IMG/VR virus record: IMGVR_UViG_3300043449_000843 | Span: 2,016 to 66,015 of that record | DNA: 64,000 bases | Reading direction: 5' to 3' (one strand) | From: a virus | Taxonomy: Duplodnaviria > Caudoviricetes | Shown here: positions 50,641-61,051 of the stretch, one piece after another | Numbering within the stretch: position 1 is the first letter of the stretch | Layout of the letters: each line of letters starts with the position of its first letter | Notes under the pieces: model-generated | What the model saw: only the letters and a program-made list of their open reading frames with translations | Told to the model about the DNA's origin: nothing | Database searches by the model: none | Program-made: the position numbers and the translations under genes

Positions 50641-52304
50641 TGACATATATTATTAACAAAACTAATGGTGATCTACTTACAACATTAATTGATGGGTCAT
50701 TAGATGACACAACAGATCTTACACTTATTGGTAAAAACTTTACTGGATATGGTGAACAGTTAAATGAAAATTTTGTAAAATTATTAGAGAATTTTTCAAG
50801 TGTTAAAGAACCGGCAAAACCTATAACTGGGCAGGTATGGTTTGATTTAAGTGCTAATATATTAAAGGTATATACTCCTACTGGTTGGAAAACAACCGGT
50901 GGACCGTTAGTCACCGACGAGCACCCTCTGGATTTTAATACAGGTGATTTATGGATTGATAGTGTAGAAAACCAGCTATGGTATTTTACTGGTAGTGACT
51001 TAGTATTAGCAGGTCCTATATGGAAGAGATCACAAGGAAAAACAGGCTTTGTTGCAGAAACACTGTATGATAGAAGTGGAAATCCTAAAGCAGTCCTTTA
51101 TCTTTACGTTGCTAACTCGCTATTAGGCGCATATTCAGCAGAAGCATTTGTACCAGTTCCAGCAGTTCCAGGATTTGCTGACGGTTTCCTTAAAGGTTAT
51201 ACAAGTAACAGTCAAGTTTCTTCTATTATTAGCGGTACTGCATCAAATTCTGAAAAATTAAACAACATAAGATCAAGTCAGTTTATGAGAAGCGATGTAG
51301 CTACTGTAAATTCCTATAAGATATTGATCCAGAACGATCTTGGATTAACAGTAGGAACTAGACAGGTAGGTGATTTTAAAGCTGAAGGCATTAACCTTGT
51401 AATTGAAAATACAATATCTGAAGGTGATATTGTTGTAAAGACTAATAACGATACTGGTGTTTATTATCCTATATATGTTGACTCAGGAAATAATAGAGTC
51501 GGTCTTTACACTATGAATCCAGAACATGCTTTAGATGTTGCAGGAAATGTAAGAGTTAGAGGCGATTTAATAGTTGAAGGATCCAATACTACTATCAATT
51601 CTACTGTATTAAAGGTAGAGGATAAAAGTATAGAATTAGCAGTTTCTGATACTCCTAGCGATTTGCTTGCAGATGGAGGTGGGATTGTTGTACGAGGAAC
51701 AACAGATAAAACTATTCTTTATACTAATTCTAATTCATCTTTTACTTTTTCTGAGAATATTAATTTACAGTCAGGAAAACATTTATCAATTAATGGCTCA
51801 CCGATATTAACGAGTACAACTATATCAGTAGCTAATGCGCCAAATCTAATTTCGGTTGGAAATTTAACAGATCTAGTAGTTGCTAATATAGCAGTTACTA
51901 ATAATAGAATTTCAAGTGTACTTACAAATCAAGATATTGAATTAAATCCTCAAGGTACAGGAAATATAGCATTAATTGGTACACCGAGAGTAACAGGGCT
52001 TGGTGTGCCAGTAGATGCAAGTGATGCTGTTCCAAAAGTTTATTCAGACTTTGTTTCAAAGATACAGTCATTATCAATATCTATGATTGACAATGGTTTA
52101 ACAGGACCTATGAATAATAACATAATATTATTTTTACAAGATGTTGCTCCTGCAGAGATTTTTGTACCAGGAAAGTTAGCATATGTACATGTGCAACATT
52201 TAGGAACAGGAACACCACCTCTTGTAACAAGATACCTTAAAAGATTCGTGATAAATCCAAGTGGGCAGTGGCAGTTCGATACTGATTTACCTAGCAGTAT
52301 TTGA
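50640..52304 (+). CDS. Tail fibre-related structural protein (paralog 2)
   Basis: Shares its N-terminal domain (LIGKNFTGYGEQLNENFVKLLENF...GQVWFD) with the neighbouring genes. Confidence 0.75.
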   Translation: MTYIINKTNGDLLTTLIDGSLDDTTDLTLIGKNFTGYGEQLNENFVKLLENFSSVKEPAKPITGQVWFDLSANILKVYTPTGWKTTGGPLVTDEHPLDFNTGDLWIDSVENQLWYFTGSDLVLAGPIWKRSQGKTGFVAETLYDRSGNPKAVLYLYVANSLLGAYSAEAFVPVPAVPGFADGFLKGYTSNSQVSSIISGTASNSEKLNNIRSSQFMRSDVATVNSYKILIQNDLGLTVGTRQVGDFKAEGINLVIENTISEGDIVVKTNNDTGVYYPIYVDSGNNRVGLYTMNPEHALDVAGNVRVRGDLIVEGSNTTINSTVLKVEDKSIELAVSDTPSDLLADGGGIVVRGTTDKTILYTNSNSSFTFSENINLQSGKHLSINGSPILTSTTISVANAPNLISVGNLTDLVVANIAVTNNRISSVLTNQDIELNPQGTGNIALIGTPRVTGLGVPVDASDAVPKVYSDFVSKIQSLSISMIDNGLTGPMNNNIILFLQDVAPAEIFVPGKLAYVHVQHLGTGTPPLVTRYLKRFVINPSGQWQFDTDLPSSI

Positions 52305-52345
52305 TAAATACTTGCAACGCACCATGAGGACCAGGAGCTTCTAGA

Positions 52346-53884
52346 ATGCCATATCAAATTAATAGATACAACGGACAGCCATTAGTAACTGTCGATGAAG
52401 GTACTTTAAACAATCAAAGTACTACCCTTAGATTAATAGGTAAGAATTACGCCGGATACGGTGATATTCAAAATGAGAACTTTGTTTACCTAACAGAGAA
52501 CTTTAGTAATTCGGCACCACCCCCTAATGCATTGAGCGGACAGATATGGTATGATTCTGCTAATAGAAAGTTAAAATTTTGGGATGCAGCACGTTGGAGA
52601 ACTACAGGTGGTGCAGAAATCGGAACAACTCCTCCTACAGGATTAACAACTGGTGATTTTTGGTGGAATACAGACTCACAACAATTATATGCTTATGACG
52701 GTGTGTCAAACTTTGTGCTTATAGGTCCGCAGTCAGTTCCAGGATCAGGACGTACAAATTGGGAAAGTATAAGTTTATTAGACGATCAAAATAACAGACA
52801 TGCTGTTATGATTGCATATATTGATGGTAAAGCAGTTTATATTGTAAGTAAAGATACCTTTAATCTGAATCAAATAGTAAATCCTATTGTTGGATTTGGG
52901 CTAATACATCAAGGTATGACACAGGTTGACACAAATACTAGTGGTGTTACTACAACGTCATATCGTTTCTGGGGTACAGCATCTGATACAGACAAGTTAG
53001 GCGGTAAAAATGCTAATGAATATGTAACGTCATTAAATGCAGTATTCAGCGGTGTAGCAAGTTTTGATGATGAGGGTTTTACTGTTGGTAATGATGACGA
53101 TTTAAGAGTTTGGATAAACACAGATATTCCAACAATACAAAATCAAGTTTCTAATAACATTAAGTTTAAAGTTAAAAATGGAGCAAATCTAGATAATGTT
53201 GCTCAAGTTTTAGGAATAGCATTTGATCCAGGTATAACAGATACTTACGATTTAGGTGAGCCAACTCTTAGATGGCGTAAGATTTATGGTAAAGAAATTT
53301 ATGGCGAAACTTTTTATGGTGGTACATTTGTAGGAACATTTACTGGTGCATCATCCAAAGCAGATACACTTCTCTTTGCTCGTGCTTCAACAGTTGACAA
53401 ATATCGTTCTGCAACTGATTTAACTGTAGGTGATAGTATTGTAGCTAGAGACAGTAATGGTGATTTTTCTGCTAACATTGTTAATGCTATAGCAACAAGG
53501 GCACAATATGCTGACTTGGCAGAAAGATATGAAGCAGACGGAAGTTATGAGCCGGGAACTGTTGTAATTTTTGGCGGTGAAAAAGAAATTACACTAACTA
53601 ATACAGTAGGTGATTATAGAGTTGCGGGTGTTGTATCTACTGCTCCAGCATACTTAATGAATGACCATGATAAAGACAGTCCGCCGATTGCTCTAAGAGG
53701 AAAAGTTCCTGTTAAGGTTACTGGTAAAGTTAATAAAGGGGATATTTTGATAACAAGTGAAATTCCTGGATATGCAATCGTTGCAGCTAATCCGTTAGAA
53801 ATACCAGCAGCTTCGATAGTAGCTAAAGCAATCGACAATAAGGTAGATGATGGCCTTGGTGTAGTAATGGCAGTCATAGTTTAA
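52346..53884 (+). CDS. Tail fibre-related structural protein (paralog 3) with C-terminal ADLAE/peptidase-G2-like domain
   Basis: Same N-terminal domain; C-terminal AQYADLAERYEAD..YEPGTVV.FGG...GVVSTAPAYLMN...IALRGKVPVKV. A GATAAATA late motif lies upstream at 52303. Confidence 0.75.
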   Translation: MPYQINRYNGQPLVTVDEGTLNNQSTTLRLIGKNYAGYGDIQNENFVYLTENFSNSAPPPNALSGQIWYDSANRKLKFWDAARWRTTGGAEIGTTPPTGLTTGDFWWNTDSQQLYAYDGVSNFVLIGPQSVPGSGRTNWESISLLDDQNNRHAVMIAYIDGKAVYIVSKDTFNLNQIVNPIVGFGLIHQGMTQVDTNTSGVTTTSYRFWGTASDTDKLGGKNANEYVTSLNAVFSGVASFDDEGFTVGNDDDLRVWINTDIPTIQNQVSNNIKFKVKNGANLDNVAQVLGIAFDPGITDTYDLGEPTLRWRKIYGKEIYGETFYGGTFVGTFTGASSKADTLLFARASTVDKYRSATDLTVGDSIVARDSNGDFSANIVNAIATRAQYADLAERYEADGSYEPGTVVIFGGEKEITLTNTVGDYRVAGVVSTAPAYLMNDHDKDSPPIALRGKVPVKVTGKVNKGDILITSEIPGYAIVAANPLEIPAASIVAKAIDNKVDDGLGVVMAVIV

Positions 53885-53898
53885 CGGAGAATTGAAAT

Positions 53899-54909
53899 AT
53901 GGCTACCCAAGGCTCAATAATTAGGGCAAGTGACTTTAATGAACTACAAAATATGTTATCTAGGATTTTGGGGGATAAGAAAAATGATTATCCCAGTGAT
54001 CCAATAGCAGGTACTTATGGTTACGGTCAAAATGTTTTAGGTACTACAGTTACAACAGGTATAGATGTAGTTGAAGCAATACAAATTGCTAAATTAAAAT
54101 CTGATGTTTTAAAAGTAGCGACCCACTGTGGATTGCAAAACGATCCTCTTGTAACGGCATTGCCTACAGTAACTTCTGGTAGTATTATTTTAGCAAGCCA
54201 TTTTACTGCTTATAAAAACTGTTTAGATCTATTAACAGTACAACGATTTGCATTAGGTGCAGATCAGTACTCGGACGAGTTAATAACTCCAAATCTTTCA
54301 AGTACTAGAGTAACACCTTGGGGTAATAATTTAAATTATAATAATTCACCTGAAATTATTAGACATTCCTTTACACTTGATTTTACTACACCAGAAAGAG
54401 CTAGATACTTCTTTAACGCAGGAAGTAGTATAAGATTTACAGCATCTAGAACGGGCGGAACAGTTTCGTCTCAAAATTCCTGGTGGTCAAGTACACTTGG
54501 ATCATTAGGGACAATTATTTTTAATCATAACTCAACAGATTCTACAGGAGCCGGTACAGGCAGTGGTATTGGGTTTTATCAATTAACTAATAACGCACAA
54601 ACAGTTTTTACTAGTGCAGGCGCTGGATCATATTCGTCGTATTACTATTATTATTCACCTTATCGTATTAATAGATATTATATAACTGCTTCTTGTGACA
54701 TTGCAAGTAATAGTAATGGAGGAGCAAGATACATATACTTTAATGTATACTTTGATGATAATCATGTACAAAGTGCTCCAAGGTTATATAGTACAGATAT
54801 GGTTGACGGTACATTATCTAGCAATGTTTCTATTCGTAGAGCATCTGGAGTTAATGTTAATGTTGCAGCACCGACAGGTGTTAACACAAAACTTCTATCA
54901 ACTAATTAA
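53899..54909 (+). CDS. Virion structural protein (fibre-associated)
   Basis: YGYGQ and ARYFFNAGSSIRF motifs; G/S/T-rich; follows the fibre genes. Confidence 0.6.
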   Translation: MATQGSIIRASDFNELQNMLSRILGDKKNDYPSDPIAGTYGYGQNVLGTTVTTGIDVVEAIQIAKLKSDVLKVATHCGLQNDPLVTALPTVTSGSIILASHFTAYKNCLDLLTVQRFALGADQYSDELITPNLSSTRVTPWGNNLNYNNSPEIIRHSFTLDFTTPERARYFFNAGSSIRFTASRTGGTVSSQNSWWSSTLGSLGTIIFNHNSTDSTGAGTGSGIGFYQLTNNAQTVFTSAGAGSYSSYYYYYSPYRINRYYITASCDIASNSNGGARYIYFNVYFDDNHVQSAPRLYSTDMVDGTLSSNVSIRRASGVNVNVAAPTGVNTKLLSTN

Positions 54910-54972
54910 CGATGAATCATAATTTTTAATCATTAACATATGCTTTAATAAGTAATGTAATGGAGAAAATGC

Positions 54973-55329
54973 ATGGATGATCGTCTGAAAAAAGCCCTAG
55001 ATATAGCAAACTTAATGGTAACTTTTAGCACTCAGCGCGACCTATTGAAGCAAGAGTTTAAGGAAAATTGCTTGTACCATGAAAATGGACATAGGTTTAC
55101 AGTTAATAGAGAATTAATTAACTTTTTATCAACATTAGTTACATTAGGGCATTTAGAAGACATTATTATACTAGATGATTTTGAAAATCCATTTATGATC
55201 TCAGATGTTAAGGCATTTTTAGATAAGATTTTCAATCTTTATGTAGAATCAACAAATGAGTATTACTACAAATATGTAGACTTAAAGAAAAAAAGATCAA
55301 TAGCTAAGGTAATGAATATTAATGAGTAA
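54973..55329 (+). CDS. Hypothetical protein heading the glycosyltransferase cluster
   Basis: 118-aa ORF with a GGAG SD; overlaps the next gene. Confidence 0.7.
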   Translation: MDDRLKKALDIANLMVTFSTQRDLLKQEFKENCLYHENGHRFTVNRELINFLSTLVTLGHLEDIIILDDFENPFMISDVKAFLDKIFNLYVESTNEYYYKYVDLKKKRSIAKVMNINE

Positions 55330-56203
55330 AGGTATTTTACTTTTTGCGCATAACAATGAACAAATTGATTATGGTAAAATGGCTTATATAACAGCAAAGT
55401 TTGCCAAAAAAAACTTAGATGTACCAGTTAGTCTAGTTACTGATACAGGAACTATCGCATGGATGAAAGAAAATGATAATCTAATAATTGAAGATGTCTT
55501 TGATAAAGTAATTATAACTGATGATTATGTAAAGGATTTAAAACAAATACGTAGGTATTATGATGGATCGTTAGAGTACAAAAAAGCAGACTTTAAGAAT
55601 TGTTTTAGAGCTTGGGCGTTTGAATATACACCATATGAACAGACGTTAGTAATTGATGTAGATTTTTTAATTGTAAATGACCGGTTGAATAATGTATGGG
55701 ACTCGGAAAGTGATTTTATGATTAATAAAACATCGTATGATTTAGCCAATACTAGAGATCCTTTTGAATTTAAAAGAGTTAGCGATCATGGTATTGATTT
55801 TTTCTGGGCAACTGCATTTTATTTTAGAAAAAACCTTTGGACGAAAACTTTTTTTGGGTTATGCCAGCATATTGTAGAGAATTATGATTATTATCGTTTT
55901 GTTTATAGAATAGATGCTCCCCTACTAAGGAATGATTACATTTTCAGTATAGCAATACATATTATGGGAGGATTTAGTAATAAGATTAACCCTCCTCCTT
56001 TACCTTGCGAGATTTATTACACTTTAGATAGAGATGAGTTAATAAGGGTTGATAGTAGTAAATCGTTTTTATTTTTAGTGCAAAAGAAAGGGCATAGTGG
56101 AGAATATACCTTAGCTAAAACAAATAATCAAAATGTTCATATCATGAATAAGTTTAGTATTAATAGACACGAAAAAGAGCTTTTAGAGGTTATTAATGGA
56201 TAA
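55322..56203 (+). CDS. GT-A fold glycosyltransferase-like protein (GT8-like)
   Basis: KGILLFAHN, TPYEQTLVIDVD (DxD) and RNDYIFSIA motifs. Confidence 0.7.
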   Translation: MSKGILLFAHNNEQIDYGKMAYITAKFAKKNLDVPVSLVTDTGTIAWMKENDNLIIEDVFDKVIITDDYVKDLKQIRRYYDGSLEYKKADFKNCFRAWAFEYTPYEQTLVIDVDFLIVNDRLNNVWDSESDFMINKTSYDLANTRDPFEFKRVSDHGIDFFWATAFYFRKNLWTKTFFGLCQHIVENYDYYRFVYRIDAPLLRNDYIFSIAIHIMGGFSNKINPPPLPCEIYYTLDRDELIRVDSSKSFLFLVQKKGHSGEYTLAKTNNQNVHIMNKFSINRHEKELLEVING

Positions 56204-57056
56204 AGGTTATTTAATTCTTGCACAAAATAATTCAAAAGACGATTATGTTAAAATGGCATATGTTTTAGCAATGTCTATCAAGTTAACACAATCAGAAATA
56301 AAGAATGTTACATTAATTACTGATGTACCTGATGCAGTACCTAATCATTATAGAAAAGTATTTGATCAAATTTTGCCTATACAATGGTATGATGATGCTT
56401 TTAATTCAGAGTGGAAAATTGAAAATCGTTGGAAGTTATATCATCTTTCACCATATACTGAAACGGTAGTTCTTGATGCTGATATGCTATTTTTATCAGA
56501 TATAAGTCATTGGTGGCCTTATATGAGTGAAAATTTTGATTTGTTAATCACCGATCGAGTTTTCACATATAGAAATGAATTAATAAAAGATTCTTTTTAT
56601 AGAAAAACATTTATTAATAATAATTTACCAAATTGTTATAGTGCTTTTACATATTTTAAAAAGACAGAATTAGCGGAGAAATTTTGGGATTTAGTAGAAA
56701 TTATTGTTAAGGATTGGAAAAATTGTTACAATAGATTTATTTTAGAGTCAAAACCAAAAAGTCTCAGTATCGATGTGGTGTTTGCATTAGCAGTAAAAAT
56801 TTTAGGAATAGAAGATGAGGTATTCTCTAGCCTCGATCTTCCTACATTTACACATATGAAAAGTAGAGATCAAGGTTGGAAAAATTATACAGACAACTGG
56901 ATGGATCATGCCGGGGTATATTTGACTACAGATTGTTATTTAAAAATTGGTAATTATCAACAAACTGGAATTTTTCATTATACCGAGAAGTCCTTTCTAA
57001 ATAACGATAAAGTTGAAAAGTATGAAAATTTAATTGGAATTTATAATGACAAATGA
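56196..57056 (+). CDS. GT-A fold glycosyltransferase-like protein (GT8-like), paralog
   Basis: KGYLILAQN, SPYTETVVLDADML (DxD), FTHMK and FHY motifs. Confidence 0.7.
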   Translation: MDKGYLILAQNNSKDDYVKMAYVLAMSIKLTQSEIKNVTLITDVPDAVPNHYRKVFDQILPIQWYDDAFNSEWKIENRWKLYHLSPYTETVVLDADMLFLSDISHWWPYMSENFDLLITDRVFTYRNELIKDSFYRKTFINNNLPNCYSAFTYFKKTELAEKFWDLVEIIVKDWKNCYNRFILESKPKSLSIDVVFALAVKILGIEDEVFSSLDLPTFTHMKSRDQGWKNYTDNWMDHAGVYLTTDCYLKIGNYQQTGIFHYTEKSFLNNDKVEKYENLIGIYNDK

Positions 57057-57678
57057 TGAAATATTTGAATTTTTGAAACAGCAAGAAGCAGCTCTTCTTG
57101 AAAAGCCAAAGTTTTATGTTCATTATGATCCTAAAACTAATAATATTATTAGTTTTAGGAATTATTTAGACACTACCGATTCGTCTCCTTACTTTGAATT
57201 AAGTAAGGAAGATCTCGATGTTGATCCTTCTAAGTTTGAAATGTCAAGCTATAAGGTAAAGACTGAAAATGGAAAATTCAAATTAGAAAAGATTGTAGTT
57301 CCAACAATACAAATAACAAAAATTGATGAATTTATATATGAAATACCAAAGCTGGTTTTAGATACAAAAATTACAGGGGACGAGTACTCGTATGATTTAT
57401 TAATAGAACAAAATAATTTTTCAAAAAAGTTTAAAATTAGATTATCAAAATTGTTACGAGAAAAGTTTTCTTTACAAAATAGAGATACTCACGTATTATG
57501 TCTATATGTCACCGCAGTTAATGATCCGAATATTTTATATAAGACATTAAAATGTACAATGGGCGATCTAATTACTAATGAGTTTTACACGTTAGCATTT
57601 GATGATTTTCAAGGTGATCAAGTTAATATATATGGATTAAAATATTTTGAAGAATATTTGCATGTGGATATAAGATGA
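57046..57678 (+). CDS. Hypothetical protein in the glycosyltransferase cluster
   Basis: ORF overlapping both neighbours, suggesting translational coupling. Confidence 0.65.
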   Translation: MTNDEIFEFLKQQEAALLEKPKFYVHYDPKTNNIISFRNYLDTTDSSPYFELSKEDLDVDPSKFEMSSYKVKTENGKFKLEKIVVPTIQITKIDEFIYEIPKLVLDTKITGDEYSYDLLIEQNNFSKKFKIRLSKLLREKFSLQNRDTHVLCLYVTAVNDPNILYKTLKCTMGDLITNEFYTLAFDDFQGDQVNIYGLKYFEEYLHVDIR

Positions 57679-58583
57679 ACGAAAAACTAATACTTCACGA
57701 AATTGATACTATTTTTATAAGTTTTGACGAGCCTAATGCGGATAAGCATTATGCAGAGTTACTTAATATTTTGCCTTGGGCAAAGAGAGTCCATGGTGTA
57801 CATGGAAGTGATGCAGCACACAAAGCAGCAGCAGAGCTAAGTGAAACAGATCGCTTTATTACAGTAGATGGCGACAACATTGTTGATCCGGAATTTTTTG
57901 CACAAGAAATTGAAATTACAGATAAGAATAAAGATTTTGTATTTTCTTGGGCTGGTAAGAATGCAGTAAATGGATTGATATACGGGAATGGCGGGTTAAA
58001 GTGTTGGACAAAAGACTTTGTCCTTAACATGAAAACGCATGAAAATTCTGATCCAGATGATAGCGAAAGTGTTCTTGAGTTCTGCTTTGATCCGAGATAT
58101 TATCAATTTAATGAGCATTATTCAACGAGCTATATTAATGGATCACCTTTTCAAGCCTGGCGTGCAGGGTTTAGAGAAGGTGTAAAGATGAGTCTTAATA
58201 GAGGTAACAAAACGGATGATGTTAGAAGTGTTTGGTGGCAGAACTATCAACGATTGTTAATATGGATGTCTGTTGGTGCAGATATTAAAAATGGTAAGTG
58301 GGCAATGTACGGATCAAGATTAGGATGTTATCTTACATGCTGTACAGATTGGGATCATGTCAATGTTCGTGACTTTAATTATCTTACGTCCTATTGGAAT
58401 GAAAATGTAAAGTCAAGGATAGATGAAACACAGTTAGAAGAAAAAATCTTAGAAGTTGGAGATATTTTAAGAGAAAACTTACATCTTGAAATATCTGAAT
58501 TAGATTCAAACGGCTCTAAGTTTTTTAAAAGGGTTTATCAAAATACTCCTAGAATTATAGGAAGAAAACGAAAAGATGTATGA
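57675..58583 (+). CDS. GT-A fold glycosyltransferase-like protein
   Basis: FISFDEPNAD, RVHGV.GSDAAHKAAA, FITVDGDN (DxD), YGNGGLK and AWRAGFREGVKM motifs. Confidence 0.7.
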   Translation: MNEKLILHEIDTIFISFDEPNADKHYAELLNILPWAKRVHGVHGSDAAHKAAAELSETDRFITVDGDNIVDPEFFAQEIEITDKNKDFVFSWAGKNAVNGLIYGNGGLKCWTKDFVLNMKTHENSDPDDSESVLEFCFDPRYYQFNEHYSTSYINGSPFQAWRAGFREGVKMSLNRGNKTDDVRSVWWQNYQRLLIWMSVGADIKNGKWAMYGSRLGCYLTCCTDWDHVNVRDFNYLTSYWNENVKSRIDETQLEEKILEVGDILRENLHLEISELDSNGSKFFKRVYQNTPRIIGRKRKDV

Positions 58584-60474
58584 TATTTTTTATATTGCAA
58601 AAGAGAAAGACTATAAATTTCTTAATCTGCAAAAAAAGATACCACTTTTAAAGTTAGCAAAGTATGAGAATAATATAGGAGAGGGATTTCTTTCTGCACA
58701 AAAGAAAGCAATGACTAGTTTCTTTTGGGTAATTAATGAAAATTTAGTCATTAACGATGATTTTGATTTTGATTATGAAGTTCCAGACTGGGATAAGCAG
58801 TATGTACATGTCTTTAAACAAAACTGCGGAGAATACGGTGGATTATATCTAATACCGAGAAATTATCGTATTACTAAAAAAGAATCAGATTTTATTTTTT
58901 TTGTTAATAAAAAAGATATCGATATATTGTTCGGTGAGTATCCACCTTTTGACAGATTTTATATTAGAACAGCTGAAGATTATTTTGAAGCACAAAAAGC
59001 ATGTACTACGTCTATGTTTTATGCAATACCTGCAGATTATAAGATAATAGACGACTTTAAATTCTCAATTCCAGAATGGGATAAAAAGTATGTACATATG
59101 TTTAAAGCAGAAGATCAAACAAGTGGAGTTATTAATTTAATACCAAAAGATTACTCTATAACACAGAAAGAAGCAAAATTTAATTTCTTTGTTAACAAAA
59201 AAGTTGTAGAAAAAAAGATTAGTAAACCAAATTATGACAGGTTCGTAATTAAGACACCTGACGATTATTTTGAAGCACAAGAAAAATCAAAAACTTCTTT
59301 GTTTTATGCTATTATAGATGATTACAAAATTCTAGATAGTTTTGAGTTTGCAGTTCCCGAATATGACAAAAAGTTTGTGCATGTTTTTAAAGACAATGAC
59401 GGTAATTATAAAGGTGTTTATTTAATACCGAAAGATTATCCCATAACAAAAAAAGAAGCAAAATTTAATTTCTTTGTTAACAAAAAAGAAATTGATATTG
59501 TTGCAAGTAGAATAAGTTATGACCAATTTATTGTTTATAATCCTGATGAGTTTTATATAGCACAAGAAAATAGTAATACATCAATGTTTTATGCTATTGA
59601 TAAAGATTATGAACCTATAATTGATTTTGATTACATTGTTCCTGATTATGATAAGGAATATGTAAATGTTTTTAAAAATGATTCTGATGAGTACGGTGGA
59701 GTTTTTATAGTACCAAAAAATTATCATATTATAAAGAATGAAGCAAAACACGGCTTTTTTGTTAACAAAAAAGAAATTGATATTGTTGCAAGTAAGTTAA
59801 AATTTGACATAGTCTTTGTAAGTTATAATGAACCTAATGCCGATGAAAATTGGAAAAAGATAAAAGAACGTTTTCCTAAAGCAAATCGCGTACATGGTGT
59901 TAAAGGAATACATCAGGCACACATAGAGGCAGCTAAACTTTGTCAAACAACTATGTTTTGGGTTGTTGACGGCGACGCCATAATTGAACCAGATTTTGAT
60001 TTTTATATAAAAGTTCCTAAATGGGACAGAGATGCAGTTCATGTATTTCGTAGTAAGAATCCCATAAACGATCTAATTTACGGATATGGCGGTGTTAAAC
60101 TTTTACCTAGAGAACTTGTATTAAACATGGATGTTAACAGTGTAGATATGACTACGTCTATTAGTAAAAAGTTTATAATGGTAGATGAAGTTAGTAATAT
60201 TACAAACTTTAATACAGATCCATTTAGTACTTGGAAGAGTGCGTTCCGTGAATGTGTTAAGTTATCTAGTAAAGTTATTGATGGACAAATTGATGACCAA
60301 ACACAAGAGCGTTTAGATATATGGTGTACAGTCGGTGCAGATAGGCCGTTTGGTGAGTATGCTATTAAAGGTGCAATCGCTGGAAAAGAATTTGGTACTA
60401 GTAATTTAGACAATAAAGAAATGCTTAAAAAGATTAATGATTGGGAATGGTTAGAAAATGAATTTAGACGTTAA
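58576..60474 (+). CDS. Glycosyltransferase-like protein with N-terminal ~95-aa tandem repeats
   Basis: The C-terminal domain is paralogous to the previous gene (VSYNEPNAD, FWVVDGDA, YGYGGVK, WKSAFRECVKL); repeats with a 285-bp period precede it. Confidence 0.75.
   Translation: MYDIFYIAKEKDYKFLNLQKKIPLLKLAKYENNIGEGFLSAQKKAMTSFFWVINENLVINDDFDFDYEVPDWDKQYVHVFKQNCGEYGGLYLIPRNYRITKKESDFIFFVNKKDIDILFGEYPPFDRFYIRTAEDYFEAQKACTTSMFYAIPADYKIIDDFKFSIPEWDKKYVHMFKAEDQTSGVINLIPKDYSITQKEAKFNFFVNKKVVEKKISKPNYDRFVIKTPDDYFEAQEKSKTSLFYAIIDDYKILDSFEFAVPEYDKKFVHVFKDNDGNYKGVYLIPKDYPITKKEAKFNFFVNKKEIDIVASRISYDQFIVYNPDEFYIAQENSNTSMFYAIDKDYEPIIDFDYIVPDYDKEYVNVFKNDSDEYGGVFIVPKNYHIIKNEAKHGFFVNKKEIDIVASKLKFDIVFVSYNEPNADENWKKIKERFPKANRVHGVKGIHQAHIEAAKLCQTTMFWVVDGDAIIEPDFDFYIKVPKWDRDAVHVFRSKNPINDLIYGYGGVKLLPRELVLNMDVNSVDMTTSISKKFIMVDEVSNITNFNTDPFSTWKSAFRECVKLSSKVIDGQIDDQTQERLDIWCTVGADRPFGEYAIKGAIAGKEFGTSNLDNKEMLKKINDWEWLENEFRR
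58948..59802 (+). repeat. Three 285-bp (95-aa) intragenic tandem repeats, plus a looser first copy upstream
   Basis: Units start at 58948, 59233 and 59518, and each ends in ...KEAK.NFFVNKK.I/V. Confidence 0.85.
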
Positions 60475-61051
60475 CCATGTTTTATTTTGGATGGATGCTA
60501 TCCGTAATAGTTCTAACAAAGAACGAACATTAGAAGCATTTTGGAAAGGCCAAGTAAATTCAAAAATATGGCTAATTGATAGCTTGCGTCCTTTTATACA
60601 AAAATCAGTTAGAGTAGAGATTCACGGAGGCTGGGTAGGTGTATTGGCCAGTTTGTTATTTCAATCTGGTATATCTATTAGTAGAATTACTTCGGTTGAT
60701 TTAGATTCTAGCTGTGAGGAAACTGCCTATACAATAAACAAGTTAGAAGAAATAGAGGGAAGATTTGTAGCCTTAACTTCTAACATGTTAGACGTAAATA
60801 CTAATGCAGACGTAGTAATTAATACGAGCTGTGAACACATTACACAGGCAGACTATGAACAATGGTTAGATAATATGCCTAAAGATGCATTATTAGTATT
60901 ACAGAGTAACAATTACATCATTCCCGAACACGTTAGGAATGCTGTATCATTAGAAAATTTTAAAGAACAGAGTCACATTAACATTCTTTGGGCAGGAGAA
61001 AAAGAGTTACCAAAATATACAAGGTACATGTTAATAGGGAAGAAAAGATGA
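60458..61051 (+). CDS. Class I SAM-dependent methyltransferase-like protein
   Basis: IHGGWVGVLA glycine motif, SVDLD acidic motif and VINTSCEH. Confidence 0.7.
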   Translation: MNLDVNHVLFWMDAIRNSSNKERTLEAFWKGQVNSKIWLIDSLRPFIQKSVRVEIHGGWVGVLASLLFQSGISISRITSVDLDSSCEETAYTINKLEEIEGRFVALTSNMLDVNTNADVVINTSCEHITQADYEQWLDNMPKDALLVLQSNNYIIPEHVRNAVSLENFKEQSHINILWAGEKELPKYTRYMLIGKKR

